Shown: positions 22,409 to 33,394, numbered from the stretch's first letter. The stretch: 53,323 nt of DNA from a bacterium (GCA_002708105.2 PAOQ02000007.1:5426-58748); one strand, 5' to 3'. The notes: generated by a model from the sequence alone, not told the origin. Numbers and translations are program-made.

Positions 22409-23116
22409 ATGAGTAAATACAGTACAGTTTCTTTTGATGCAGCCGATACTCTTTTTTATATTAAGATGGGTCTAGGCAAAAGCTATTATCATGTCTTGAA
22501 GAATTACGATTCATCCTATAATCCTGAAGATATTTCAAAAGTATTTAAAAAGTTCTTTTCAAATAGAGAAGGGTTACATTTTACAGGCCTAAAGGGAGAC
22601 GAGCTTTTTAAAGCAGAAAAGGAATGGTGGCACAGTTTAGTCAAAGATATTTTTAATGAACTAGGTATGTTTAATGATTTCAATAAATATTTTGATGATT
22701 TATATGAATTTTTTTCTGAAGAAGCATGGGAAGTTTATTCAGATACTATTTCCACATTATCCTATCTTAAAGATAGAAATTTTAATATAATTGTAACTTC
22801 AAATTTTGATTCAAGAATTTATAATGTTTGTAAAAAATTTGAAATTGATAAGTTTGTCGACCACTTTACAATTTCATCAGAATCTGGATGTTCAAAGCCT
22901 GATAAAGAATTGTTTTATATGTCTCTAGAAAAAGTACAAGCAAAACCTGAGCTTTCTATACACATAGGAGATAATTATAATCTTGATTACATTCCAAGTA
23001 TGGCAATTGGAATGAAGTCAATTTTGATTGATAGAGATAATCAGTTTGATAAAGATATGAATATTTGTAAAAGTCCTGATTTTGGTAAAATCTTTGAGGT
23101 ACTAGATGAATCTTAA
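22409..23116 (+). CDS. HAD-IA hydrolase (REG-2/HDHD3-like)
   Basis: FDAADTL, SNFDSR, KPD, HIGD..LD. Confidence 0.88.
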   Translation: MSKYSTVSFDAADTLFYIKMGLGKSYYHVLKNYDSSYNPEDISKVFKKFFSNREGLHFTGLKGDELFKAEKEWWHSLVKDIFNELGMFNDFNKYFDDLYEFFSEEAWEVYSDTISTLSYLKDRNFNIIVTSNFDSRIYNVCKKFEIDKFVDHFTISSESGCSKPDKELFYMSLEKVQAKPELSIHIGDNYNLDYIPSMAIGMKSILIDRDNQFDKDMNICKSPDFGKIFEVLDES

Positions 23117-23546
23117 TCCAAACTTGTTAGCATTAATAGTTGCAGCTTTATGGGGGCTTGCGCCAATTTTTGAAAAAATGAGTCTTCAATCTATGAATCC
23201 TATTTTTATTCTTAGTATTAGATTTTTTATTGTAGCCGGTTTGCTTATTCCTTTCTTTATTACAACAAATCAAGTTGTGTATTTGCCCGAACTTAATTTT
23301 AAAAATATTCTTATAATTGTAATACCGGGCATCCTAGCTGTATTAGGGATATATTTATATTTTAATGCTTTGTCAGATTCTACAGCTTCCAAAATAGTCC
23401 CTTTAACAGCAGTTTATCCTCTTTTTACTTGTTTTTATGCCTACATCTTCCTTAAAGAAGATTTTTCAACAGAAAAAATTATTGGAACTATCTTGATAGT
23501 TGCTGGGGTTTTTATTCTTAACTATAAAGATTATTTACAAAATTAA
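23106..23546 (+). CDS. EamA/DMT family transporter (single domain)
   Basis: Five TM segments, ALWGLAPIFEK, YPLF..FLKE motif. Confidence 0.85.
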   Translation: MNLNPNLLALIVAALWGLAPIFEKMSLQSMNPIFILSIRFFIVAGLLIPFFITTNQVVYLPELNFKNILIIVIPGILAVLGIYLYFNALSDSTASKIVPLTAVYPLFTCFYAYIFLKEDFSTEKIIGTILIVAGVFILNYKDYLQN

Positions 23547-23618
23547 CATCTGATTCCAATTTTATATCAGTATCCTGTAAAACTTTAAACCAAGAAGTTT
23601 TTATATTATATTTTAAAT

Positions 23619-23948
23619 GTGTTTGATTACATTAAAGATCACTGGTTTGGACATCAGACTCTTGCTAGATCCTTTTGGCTGAATTTTGTTGTTCAAAACA
23701 TTGTTGTTAATTCTTTAACTAAATCTTGGGATCCTCCATTCCTAATATTGATTGTTTTATTAGCTGGTTACATATGGGGACTTGTTGGTACTTTTAGAGC
23801 TTCAGCTAGATACGAGTGGACAAATATATGGCGAATATTGACTACATTATTTTTAATTTTTTCTATTGTACTTAATTTAACTTGGATTTATTTTGGTATT
23901 TTTATTCAAATTTTTGGCCCTTCCATGGGTAATAATTCTAGTTTCTGA
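23619..23948 (+). CDS. Hypothetical membrane protein
   Basis: 109 aa, about 3 TM; W-G-x-x-x-L-x-x-S-F-W and W..VG..RAS pattern. Confidence 0.7.
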   Translation: MFDYIKDHWFGHQTLARSFWLNFVVQNIVVNSLTKSWDPPFLILIVLLAGYIWGLVGTFRASARYEWTNIWRILTTLFLIFSIVLNLTWIYFGIFIQIFGPSMGNNSSF

Positions 23949-23959
23949 ATTTATCCTTA

Positions 23960-24934
23960 TTAATTATTTTTTAGCAATCTTCCCATTTCTAGAGCAAAAT
24001 AGGTAATAATTGCGGTCGCCCCAGCACGTTTAATTGATTCTAGGGATTCTCTCATAACTGTATCATTGTCAATATATCCTTTTTCTGCAGCCGCTTTAAT
24101 CATTGAATATTCACCACTTACCTGATATGCAACTATTGGAAGAAGTGACGATTCAGAAGAGGCTTTTATTACATCGAGGTAAAAGGATGCCGGTTTTACT
24201 ATTAATATATCAGCGCCTTCAGCTTCGTCTAAAAGTATTTCTTTAATTGCTTCTTTGTAGTTTTTAGGGTTAATTTGATAGGATTTTTTATCACCACTTT
24301 TTGGCTCTGAATTTAATGCATCTCTAAAGGGTCCATAAAGTGATGAGGCAAATTTTGCTGCATATGACATAATTCCAGTATTAAGAAAACCCTTTCTATC
24401 TAAGGCTTCTCTTATTTTGATCACTCTTCCATCCATCATGTCTGATGGAGCCACAATGTCTGCTCCAAACTCAGCATGAATACAGGCTTGCCTACATAAA
24501 ATTTCCACAGTCTTATCATTTAAAACCTCGCCGTCATGGAGAATCCCATCGTGTCCATCAGAATTGTATGGGTCTAACGCAATATCTGTTATTACAACAA
24601 TGTTAGGAAATTTTTTTTTGATAGTAGCTATTGATTTGGGAATTAATCCTTTTTTATTTAGAGCTTCTTTTGCAAGAGGATCTTTAAGTCTTTCATCGAT
24701 TGCAGGAAACAAGATTATTGCATTAATTCCTAATTTTATAGCTGATTCTATATCCTTTAGCTGGTTATCTAAGGTTTTTCTAAAAACATTAGGCATTGAT
24801 TCAATTTTTTCAGACCGATTCTTCCCATCAATTAAAAAAATTGGCATTATTAAATCATTTACAGAAATGCTGGTTTCTTGAACGAGGTTTCTTATATTTT
24901 GATTTAATCTTAATCTTCTACCACGAATAAACAT
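23960..24934 (-). CDS. hemB: Porphobilinogen synthase (Asp-rich, Zn-independent type)
   Basis: DIALDPY..GHDG, PSDMMDGR, YGPFRDA, IVKPA, YQVSGEY. Confidence 0.97.
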   Translation of the reverse strand: MFIRGRRLRLNQNIRNLVQETSISVNDLIMPIFLIDGKNRSEKIESMPNVFRKTLDNQLKDIESAIKLGINAIILFPAIDERLKDPLAKEALNKKGLIPKSIATIKKKFPNIVVITDIALDPYNSDGHDGILHDGEVLNDKTVEILCRQACIHAEFGADIVAPSDMMDGRVIKIREALDRKGFLNTGIMSYAAKFASSLYGPFRDALNSEPKSGDKKSYQINPKNYKEAIKEILLDEAEGADILIVKPASFYLDVIKASSESSLLPIVAYQVSGEYSMIKAAAEKGYIDNDTVMRESLESIKRAGATAIITYFALEMGRLLKNN

Positions 24935-25021
24935 AGATTTGTATTATATTATCTTTTAATTCTTTTTTAAAGTTAAATTTAGGCTTCACTTAAGTAAGAA
25001 AAGAATATATGATTAAGCCTT

Positions 25022-25693
25022 ATGGCTAAAAAAAAGGTTATTGTATTTGATTTTGATGGAGTAATTTACAACTCAGAACCACTTCATTTTAAAGCTTTTA
25101 ATTATGCACTTAAACCTTTAAATGTAACTATAACTAAAGAAGTTTACTATGAAACTTATTGTTCATACGATGATGAGGGATTTTTTAAAAATTTTTTAAC
25201 TGATAATAAAATTGAATTTAATAATGATTTTATTGACAAAATTATTAAAGAAAAACATTATTATTTTGATAAGAATTTTGATTCTGAAACATCAATGTAT
25301 GAAGGATCTATAGATCTTATTAAAAAACTATCAAAAAATTATATTCTTGCAATTGGCTCAGGTGCTAGAAGAGAAGAGATTGTCAGAGTATTAAAAAGAG
25401 AAGAGTTGTTGACTTTATTTGAAGAAATCGTTTCATCTGATGAAACATCTCAGCCTAAGCCAAATCCAGAAACATATATAACGGTATTGGAAAGAATAAA
25501 TCAAACCTACCAAGTTTCTCCTGATGAATGCGTTGTAATCGAGGATACAACTAAGGGAGTGGATGCTGCCAAAGTAGCTGGCATGAAATGCTTTGCTATA
25601 ACAAATTCTGTTGAGAGAGAATTTTTAACTAATGCTGATGTAATAATTGATGATTATATAGAGATAACAGATAAAGCAATTACGGATATTTAG
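25022..25693 (+). CDS. HAD-family phosphatase (beta-phosphoglucomutase-like)
   Basis: FDFDGV, KPNPE, IEDT..GV.AAK.AGM. Confidence 0.88.
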   Translation: MAKKKVIVFDFDGVIYNSEPLHFKAFNYALKPLNVTITKEVYYETYCSYDDEGFFKNFLTDNKIEFNNDFIDKIIKEKHYYFDKNFDSETSMYEGSIDLIKKLSKNYILAIGSGARREEIVRVLKREELLTLFEEIVSSDETSQPKPNPETYITVLERINQTYQVSPDECVVIEDTTKGVDAAKVAGMKCFAITNSVEREFLTNADVIIDDYIEITDKAITDI

Positions 25694-26814
25694 TCTTCTA
25701 TAATTAATGAGTTTATTACTATGTTTGCTGATTGATAAAATTCTTTTAGTATTAATGTTTCTTTTACAGTGTGGAATTCTCTCATACCAGTTCCTAGGTT
25801 TACAGTGTTGACTCCATTTTTAACAAAAAAGTTTGCATCAGCTCCTCCACCAGTTTCAACTAGATTAATTTTGTAGTTAAATTTCTTACATGATGAAAGA
25901 ATCCTTTTTATAATAAGACTATTTTTTGGAATATTGATCGAGTCATAGATTCTATTCACTTTAATTTTAGCGCTAAAATTTTTATTTATTCTTTTGTATT
26001 TTTTATTCATGAGATCAAGAATTTTTTTGATTTTATTTAATTCTATTTTGATTGTTTTCTCATTATGGCTTCTTATTTCACACATAATTTCTGTCATTCC
26101 AGGAACTATATTTATTGCTGAGCCACCATTAATTTTTCCTATATTTATTGTTGTATTCGCATTAATACGACCAGTTTTCATTTTTGAAATTATTTCAGAT
26201 GAAACAACTATAGAGCTTAAGCCTTTTTCGGGATTTATTCCTGAATGAGCCTCTACACCTTTAATTTTAATAGTAAAGTAGTCAGAGCTTGGTCCCTTAT
26301 AGACTAGCCTTTCTGGGCTTGTACTATCTAAAACAATTCCTTCTTTTGCTTTTATTAGCTTATAGTCAAGGAACTTAGCCCCTAAAAGACCAATTTCTTC
26401 ACATGTTGTAATTGCTGCTTCAATATTATAATGTTTTACTTTTTCTTTCTTAAGTACTTCTAGTGTCTCTAAAATAATCGCTAATCCGCTTTTATCGTCC
26501 GCACCTAATATTGTCGTCCCATCGCTAGTTATTGAGCTTTTATGAACTTTTGGCTTAATTCCTATTCCATTAGTTACAGTATCCATGTGTGAAGACAACA
26601 AGATTGTGGGAAGTGTTTTATTCGAACCGAGTTTTGCTATTATGTTTCCATGATTGGATTGAGTTAAAGATTTGGAATTATCAATTTTATATTTTATACC
26701 AAGCTTTTTTAGCTTTTCTTTAATATAAAGAGCTACTTTAGCTTCATCACGAGATTCGCTATCAATTTTGACAAGGTCCGTAAATGTTTTAACGAGCCTT
26801 TTTTTGTTTATCAT
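25690..26814 (-). CDS. M20 family peptidase T-like metallopeptidase
   Basis: SHMDTV, LGADDK, EEIGLLG, AHSG, GGGAD, FHT. Confidence 0.9.
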   Translation of the reverse strand: MINKKRLVKTFTDLVKIDSESRDEAKVALYIKEKLKKLGIKYKIDNSKSLTQSNHGNIIAKLGSNKTLPTILLSSHMDTVTNGIGIKPKVHKSSITSDGTTILGADDKSGLAIILETLEVLKKEKVKHYNIEAAITTCEEIGLLGAKFLDYKLIKAKEGIVLDSTSPERLVYKGPSSDYFTIKIKGVEAHSGINPEKGLSSIVVSSEIISKMKTGRINANTTINIGKINGGSAINIVPGMTEIMCEIRSHNEKTIKIELNKIKKILDLMNKKYKRINKNFSAKIKVNRIYDSINIPKNSLIIKRILSSCKKFNYKINLVETGGGADANFFVKNGVNTVNLGTGMREFHTVKETLILKEFYQSANIVINSLIIED

Positions 26815-26816
26815 CG

Positions 26817-28223
26817 TTAAGAATTCCTTCCTTTATTTTTTACGTTTAATGATGCTTCAAGAAAAATTTCTGAAAGAGTAGGGTGAGGATGGATTGTATT
26901 AATGACTGATTCGATAGAAAGTTTATTTTGCATTATAAGAGTTATCTCTGATATCATTTCGGTGCAACCTTTTCCAATTATATGGGCACCCAATATTGTA
27001 TCATCTTTATCAGTAATAATTTTACAAAAACCGTTAACATTGTCATCTGCAAGGGATTTTCCATTAGCTTTAAATGGATACTTTGAAACTTTATAATCAA
27101 TTTTTTTCTCCACAGCTGTTTCTTCAGTAATACCTACATAAGCAATTTCAGGTTGGCAATATATGCAAGCAGGAACTATAAAGTTATCGTTAATACTTTT
27201 CTTTTGAATTTGATTGATCACTTGACTACCCTCTTCTGAGGCTTTGTGGGCTAGCATGGATCCCCCTATGACATCTCCAATTGCAAAAATATTTTCAATA
27301 TTTGTTTGATAAGAATTGTTTACTTTTATAAACCCAAACTTGTCTGTTTTAACAGCACATTTACTCAAGTTAAGATTATCTGTGTTTGGAATACGTCCAG
27401 TTGAAAGCAGAAGTAGCTGTGTATCAATTTCGAATTCACCCTCTGAATTTGTAACATTAATTTTAAGATTTTTCTCTGATTTCTTAATTTTACTTATTGT
27501 GGTTGATTCATGTATTTTTATCCCCTTTTTTGTGTAGCTTTTTTTTAATTCTTCAACAATTTCTCTATCTAGAAACCCTAAGATAGAGTTTGCACTTTCT
27601 ATTATTGTTACATCTACGTTAAAACTATTATAAAGGTAGGCAAATTCTATTCCGATGTAGCCACCTCCTAGTATGCAAATCTTTTCTGGCAATTCTTTTG
27701 AAGTTAATACAAAGTCACTATCTACTATGTTCACCCCATCAGGAGCTAGATTATTTGGGAAAAATGGTTTTGATCCTGTAGATATGACTATATTTTCTGA
27801 TGATATTTTTATAGTGTCATTAGCTTGCTTAATTTCTACTTCATTTTTATTTATAAAAGAGGCTTCACCGTTAAATATATCTATATCTTTTTTGTTTAAC
27901 AAACTCGTAAGCCCACTTTTAAGTCTTTTTGTATTTTTTTTACTATTTTCAATAATTAACTCGTAGTCATAAGCTAGATTTTCAAATAGAAAACCTCTTT
28001 TTTTAGCTTTATTAGTGAGGAGATCTGCAATTTCAGCAGATTTTAATAATGATTTTGATGGTATACATCCATTGTTTAAACAAGTCCCACCTAATGACTG
28101 TTTTTCTATCAATGCAGTTTTTAACCCAAGCCTAGATGATTCTATCGCTGCTACATAGCCACCAGGACCAGCTCCAATAATTGCAATATCATATTCAAAC
28201 ATATATAGGCTTAAATCTAGCAT
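26817..28223 (-). CDS. lpdA: Dihydrolipoamide dehydrogenase (start possibly at 28202)
   Basis: GAGPGGY, GGTCLNNGCIPSK, GGGYIG, HPHPTLSE. Confidence 0.95.
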   Translation of the reverse strand: MLDLSLYMFEYDIAIIGAGPGGYVAAIESSRLGLKTALIEKQSLGGTCLNNGCIPSKSLLKSAEIADLLTNKAKKRGFLFENLAYDYELIIENSKKNTKRLKSGLTSLLNKKDIDIFNGEASFINKNEVEIKQANDTIKISSENIVISTGSKPFFPNNLAPDGVNIVDSDFVLTSKELPEKICILGGGYIGIEFAYLYNSFNVDVTIIESANSILGFLDREIVEELKKSYTKKGIKIHESTTISKIKKSEKNLKINVTNSEGEFEIDTQLLLLSTGRIPNTDNLNLSKCAVKTDKFGFIKVNNSYQTNIENIFAIGDVIGGSMLAHKASEEGSQVINQIQKKSINDNFIVPACIYCQPEIAYVGITEETAVEKKIDYKVSKYPFKANGKSLADDNVNGFCKIITDKDDTILGAHIIGKGCTEMISEITLIMQNKLSIESVINTIHPHPTLSEIFLEASLNVKNKGRNS

Positions 28224-28277
28224 ATTTTTCTTTATTTATATAAATAAATTTAGAAAACGGTGTATCATATAAAAATA

Positions 28278-28619
28278 ATGGAAATGCAGATAAGAGCTGA
28301 GACCCCAAGGGCAAAGAAAGGGTGGGGAATGGGTTCTACTATGATGGCAGGTGGCTCTAAGATAAGAGGGGTTAAACTTTTAATTACAGAATTTCGTGAT
28401 ATTGATATTAAAAATGTTCAAATAATGCATAAGTTAAGCTCAGTCTTTATGTCTATGATAAAGTCAGAGGATGATATAGAATTAAGTGAAGAAGAATATG
28501 GAATAAGGATTGTAAAAACTGTAAGCCAAGAAAATTATAATAATGAAATATGGGATCAGTGGGTACTTTTTTCGAGAAGAATCTATGATAATATATCTAA
28601 AATTCTTAAAGGAAAATAG
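28278..28619 (+). CDS. Hypothetical protein directly upstream of ileS
   Basis: ORF abuts ileS; ATG at 28278 follows a TATCAT -10-like box; no family recognised. Confidence 0.7.
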   Translation: MEMQIRAETPRAKKGWGMGSTMMAGGSKIRGVKLLITEFRDIDIKNVQIMHKLSSVFMSMIKSEDDIELSEEEYGIRIVKTVSQENYNNEIWDQWVLFSRRIYDNISKILKGK

Positions 28620-31346
28620 TTGAGTCAAGATTATAATAAAACTTTAAATTTACCAAAAACAAATTTCCAAATGAGAGGAAATTTACCCAATAAAGAACCT
28701 GAGATTCTATCTTTTTGGAATTCTCAAAATATTTACGGCGAAATGGAATCTAAGTCCGATGATGTTTTTATTCTTCACGATGGACCACCCTTTGCAAATG
28801 GTAAGATACATATTGGACATTGCTTTAATAAAATTTTGAAAGATATAATTTTGAAGTTTAATTCATCTTTAGGGAAAGGAATCAATTATGTTCCTGGCTG
28901 GGATTGCCATGGTCTACCTATAGAACATCAAGTATTAAAAAAAATTAAGACAAAAGATATATCAAAATTAGAAATTAGAAATAGTTGTAGCGATTTTGCA
29001 ATGAAATTTGTAGAATCTCAAAAAAAAGAGTTTGAACGGTTAGGTGTTGTGGGGCAGTGGAATTCTCCGTATCTTACAATGAACAAAGAATTTGAGGCAA
29101 ATCAAATTGAAGTTTTTTCTGATATGTTTTTTAAGGGTTTTATTTATCGCGGATTAAAACCCGTAAACTGGAGCCCAAGTTCTCGGACTGCTTTGGCTGA
29201 GGCGGAGCTAGAGTATCCTGAGAATCATATTTCAAAGAGTGTTTATGTAAAATGTAAAATTACCAATGTTTCTAGTCTTAATTTCAAGCTTGATAGCAAC
29301 AAAGAGGCCTTTCTTCTTATTTGGACTACAACTCCTTGGACTCTTCCTGCAAATAAGGCCATTTCAATTAATAAAGAGTTTAAGTATGGAGTATATCAAT
29401 CTGATGATTGTTATCTAATTATTGAGGAAGAACTATCAACTAATATTTTTAAGAAGAAAAATGATGCTTTAAAATTGCTTGAACTAGTGAAAGGCGAAAA
29501 TCTACAAAAATTACTATATATGTCACCAATCTCAGGTGAAGAGTGCCCAGTGTTATTAGCCGACTACGTTACACGAGAAACTGGTACAGGATTAGTTCAT
29601 ACTGCCCCAGGCCATGGCGTTGACGATTATTCGACAGGAGTTAAGAATGGTTTAGAAGTTTTTTCTCCAGTTGACGCTGCAGGACGTTTTACCGATCAGG
29701 TTAATGATGATTTAGTTGGATTAAATGTATTAAAAGAGGGGAATGAAAAAGTAATAGAAAATTTAGAGGTTTCTGGATTGCTATATTTAGCTGAAGACTA
29801 TGAGCACAAGTATCCGTATGATTGGAGAACAGGCAAACCAACTATTTTTAGAGCTACATTTCAATGGTTTGCGTCTGTAGACAAATTTAGAGAAAAGTCT
29901 TTAAATGAAATTTCTAAAGTTAATTGGTACCCACCATCAATAGTAAATAGAATTACAAATATGATAAAAGAAAGGTCAGATTGGTGTATTTCAAGGCAAA
30001 GGTCTTGGGGTTTACCAATACCGGTTTTTTATTATAAGGAAACTGGGAATGTATTTTTAAACGAAGAAATTATTGAAAATATTATAAAAATATTTAAGAA
30101 AGAGGGTTCATCAGCCTGGTGGCAGCGCAGTATTGACGATCTTCTACCAGAGAAATATCAGAGTGAGTCTACAAATCTGATAAAAGGAGAGGATACCTTA
30201 GATGTATGGTTTGATTCAGGTTCATCATGGAAAACAGTATTAAACAAAGAAGGTTCATATCCTGCAGATTTATATTTAGAAGGAAACGATCAGCATAGAG
30301 GATGGTTTCAAAGTAGCCTCCTAACATCAGTTGCAATTAATAATATTGCCCCTTATAAAAATGTTTTAACTCATGGCTTTGTAGTTGATGATAAAGGTCA
30401 GAAAATGTCAAAATCTAAGGGAAACGTTGTAGATCCTCAAAAGATAATAAATGAAAGTGGTGCAGATATACTTAGATTGTGGGTTGCAAGTGAAGATTAT
30501 TCCTCTGAGATAAGGATTTCAAACAATATATTAAATAGTATTAAGGATAAATATAAAAAAATAAGGAATACATTTAAGTTTTTAATAGGAAATCTTTATG
30601 ATTTTGAAAGTAAAAATGCTCTTGATTTTGATGATTTAGAAGAGATAGATAGATGGATATTGATTAAATTTACTGAAGTTAAAAAGCAATTTCTGTCATT
30701 ATCTAAAGCATATTCTTTTCATCAAGCCTTAAATCAATTGTTGTATTTCTCCTCTAAGGATTTGAGTTCGATTTATTTAGATTCTCAAAAGGATATTTTA
30801 TATACCTACAGTAAAAACTCTCGCGAAAGAATTTCAGCTCAAAGCTCAATATCGATAATATTTAGAGAGTTAACATTAATGCTTTCACCTATAATTTCCT
30901 TTACGTCAGAAGAGGCTTGGATGGAGAGATTTGGTCACGATAATAGTATTTTTAAGAATGTGCTTTCAAAAGATGAATATATTGATAACAATCTATCTAA
31001 AAAATGGGAAAAAATATTGTTATTGAGAGACCCTATACTTAAAGAAATTGAGGTACAAAGAAGTAATAAAATATTAGGATCTTCATTGGAAGCTAAGGTT
31101 ACATTGGGTGTCAGCAAAGATGATTTTTCATTTTATTCTAAGAATTTAGAATTGATGAAAAAAACTTTGATAATTTCTGAAATTGAAATTATGCAAATCG
31201 ATGCTCTTGAGTCTGAAATAAAAGTTGATAAGACTTCATTTAGGAAATGTGATAGATGTTGGATGCATTTCCATCAAGAATCTTTCATTGATAAGGATGA
31301 AAATTTATGTCAAAAATGCTCTATTCAACTCAAAAAAAGTATATAG
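28620..31346 (+). CDS. ileS: Isoleucine--tRNA ligase (type 1), TTG start
   Basis: HDGPPFANG.IHIGH, GWDCHGLP, WTTTPWT, KMSKS, C-terminal CxxC..CxxC. Confidence 0.97.
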   Translation: MSQDYNKTLNLPKTNFQMRGNLPNKEPEILSFWNSQNIYGEMESKSDDVFILHDGPPFANGKIHIGHCFNKILKDIILKFNSSLGKGINYVPGWDCHGLPIEHQVLKKIKTKDISKLEIRNSCSDFAMKFVESQKKEFERLGVVGQWNSPYLTMNKEFEANQIEVFSDMFFKGFIYRGLKPVNWSPSSRTALAEAELEYPENHISKSVYVKCKITNVSSLNFKLDSNKEAFLLIWTTTPWTLPANKAISINKEFKYGVYQSDDCYLIIEEELSTNIFKKKNDALKLLELVKGENLQKLLYMSPISGEECPVLLADYVTRETGTGLVHTAPGHGVDDYSTGVKNGLEVFSPVDAAGRFTDQVNDDLVGLNVLKEGNEKVIENLEVSGLLYLAEDYEHKYPYDWRTGKPTIFRATFQWFASVDKFREKSLNEISKVNWYPPSIVNRITNMIKERSDWCISRQRSWGLPIPVFYYKETGNVFLNEEIIENIIKIFKKEGSSAWWQRSIDDLLPEKYQSESTNLIKGEDTLDVWFDSGSSWKTVLNKEGSYPADLYLEGNDQHRGWFQSSLLTSVAINNIAPYKNVLTHGFVVDDKGQKMSKSKGNVVDPQKIINESGADILRLWVASEDYSSEIRISNNILNSIKDKYKKIRNTFKFLIGNLYDFESKNALDFDDLEEIDRWILIKFTEVKKQFLSLSKAYSFHQALNQLLYFSSKDLSSIYLDSQKDILYTYSKNSRERISAQSSISIIFRELTLMLSPIISFTSEEAWMERFGHDNSIFKNVLSKDEYIDNNLSKKWEKILLLRDPILKEIEVQRSNKILGSSLEAKVTLGVSKDDFSFYSKNLELMKKTLIISEIEIMQIDALESEIKVDKTSFRKCDRCWMHFHQESFIDKDENLCQKCSIQLKKSI

Positions 31347-31366
31347 ATTAGTTATAATTAAGGAAG

Positions 31367-32653
31367 ATGAATATCTCTAACGGAAATAGACACCATGTTG
31401 TAGTAGTAGGTGCTGGGTTTGGTGGACTTTATGCAGTTAATGAGCTTGTTGACTCAGATGTTGATGTAACTCTAATTGATAGAAGAAACTTTCATCTTTT
31501 TCAGCCGCTTTTGTACCAAGTTGCCACAGGAACTATTTCGGCAACTGATGTTAGTGCTCCTATTAGATCAATTTTTGGAAAAAAGGAAAATATTACAGTA
31601 AGGCTTGATTCAGCTACTGGTATTGATGTTAGAAGTAGGCACCTTAACACTAAAAGTCACACTAGAATTAAATATGATGATTTAATAATAGCGACTGGAG
31701 TTAGCCATCATTATTTTGGTCACTATGAGTGGCAAAAAAATGCTCCTGGACTAAAGACGATTGAAGATGCTTTGGAGATGAGAAGGAAAATTTTTACAGC
31801 TTTTGAGCTAGCAGAAAATGAATCAGATCCTGTAAGAAGGAAACAGCTTCTGACATTTGTGATTGTAGGCGGAGGCCCAACAGGTGTGGAGCTAGCAGGT
31901 GCTCTTGCAGATTTGGCATACAAAACTTTTGAAAAACATTTTCATAATATTAATACAAAAAAAGAATGTTCTATCTATCTAATAGAAGGTCTACCAAACG
32001 TTTTACCATCTTTTAAAGAATCTTTATCAGAAGTTACCAGAGGCTATCTAACTGAAATGGGCGTGGAAGTCTTGACTAGTTCATTGGTGACGGATATTCA
32101 AAATGACACTGTTTTTTACAAGATTGGTGATGAAAGTAAAAAAATAGAGGCTAAGACGATATTGTGGGGAGCAGGCGTTATGGCTTCTGTTATGGGAAAA
32201 ATATTGTCGGACGCTACAGGAGTTGAGCTTGATTCCGTTGGTAGAGTAGTGGTAAATAAAGATTTTACAGTAGGAGAACATGATAATATTTTTGTAATTG
32301 GAGACTTGGCAAGGTTTAAGGAAGGAAGTGACTTCTTACCTGGAGTGGCTACTGTCGCTATGCAATCCGGGGAGTTTGTTGCTAAGTTAATTAAAAATAG
32401 AGTTGGGAATAAAAAAAATTATAAGAAAGAATTTAAATATAAAAATAAAGGAAACTTAGCCGTTATCGGAAGAAATAAAGCTGTTGCTGATTTGGGTTTC
32501 ATGACCTCAAAAGGGTTTGTAGCATGGTTGCTATGGATTTTTATTCATATTTTGTATTTGATAGGATTTGGAAGCAAGGTGTCAGTTCTTACAAAATGGG
32601 CATTAAGCTACTTCAACCAAGACAAAGGAAATAGACTAATATTTATTAAATAA
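31367..32653 (+). CDS. ndh: Type II NADH:quinone oxidoreductase
   Basis: GAGFGG, FQPLLYQVATG, GGGPTGVELAG, WxxIH C-terminal motif. Confidence 0.92.
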   Translation: MNISNGNRHHVVVVGAGFGGLYAVNELVDSDVDVTLIDRRNFHLFQPLLYQVATGTISATDVSAPIRSIFGKKENITVRLDSATGIDVRSRHLNTKSHTRIKYDDLIIATGVSHHYFGHYEWQKNAPGLKTIEDALEMRRKIFTAFELAENESDPVRRKQLLTFVIVGGGPTGVELAGALADLAYKTFEKHFHNINTKKECSIYLIEGLPNVLPSFKESLSEVTRGYLTEMGVEVLTSSLVTDIQNDTVFYKIGDESKKIEAKTILWGAGVMASVMGKILSDATGVELDSVGRVVVNKDFTVGEHDNIFVIGDLARFKEGSDFLPGVATVAMQSGEFVAKLIKNRVGNKKNYKKEFKYKNKGNLAVIGRNKAVADLGFMTSKGFVAWLLWIFIHILYLIGFGSKVSVLTKWALSYFNQDKGNRLIFIK

Positions 32654-32697
32654 CTTTTTTTTTGATTTTTTATAAAAAAGTGTAGAATAAGGGAAAA

Positions 32698-33357
32698 ATG
32701 AAAACCCTTTTTTCTATTCTATTATTAATTATTTTACTTTTATATTTTTCCCCTTTTTATAGTCTTTATAAAATTGGCTCAAGTATTGAAAATCAGGATA
32801 AAAAGACTTTAAATTACTATATGGATTGGCCTAGTCTTCAGGATTCATTAAGAAAAGATGTTAAAAGCTTCTTAAGGAAAAGAGAAAAACTTAGAGAGGA
32901 AAGTTTGGATAATCCTATTGAAGGAATCTTTGAGGATGTAAAAAAATTTGGTGGTTTGCTTTTTGGAGAAAAAGCAATTGATATCGCAATTAAAAAAGTT
33001 GTCACACCGGAAGGGATTTTTAAATTATATAGATTGAATAATAATAAAAATAATAATAAATCTAATAATGAGAATAAAGCTGATTCTAATCCTACTACAG
33101 GTGAAAATGTACTAGAATACGAAGGCTATGCATTAACTGATTTTAATTTTATATCACTAACCAACATTGAGGCTAATGTTGAAGCATCTGAAATTGATAT
33201 ATATTTTAAGATGAAATTCATCTTTCCTCGATGGATTTTGTATACTGTTAGATCAGATAAATTAACGAACGAAATTGCAAAAAAAGTTGAGGATAAGATT
33301 GATTTATTAAAAAATTTAAATAGAAAAATAAATCCATTAAAGAAAAAGAATGAATAA
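32698..33357 (+). CDS. Membrane-anchored hypothetical protein (DUF2939-like)
   Basis: N-terminal TM, SPFYSL, Y.DWPSL..SL and V.TPEG motifs. Confidence 0.65.
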   Translation: MKTLFSILLLIILLLYFSPFYSLYKIGSSIENQDKKTLNYYMDWPSLQDSLRKDVKSFLRKREKLREESLDNPIEGIFEDVKKFGGLLFGEKAIDIAIKKVVTPEGIFKLYRLNNNKNNNKSNNENKADSNPTTGENVLEYEGYALTDFNFISLTNIEANVEASEIDIYFKMKFIFPRWILYTVRSDKLTNEIAKKVEDKIDLLKNLNRKINPLKKKNE

Positions 33358-33394
33358 CTTATATACAGGGGAGCATTTAACTACTTAACCAGCA

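Noticed and set aside
33037-33070. AAT-rich microrepeat
   Set aside because: It encodes a low-complexity Asn/Lys linker in frame; no sign of phase variation.
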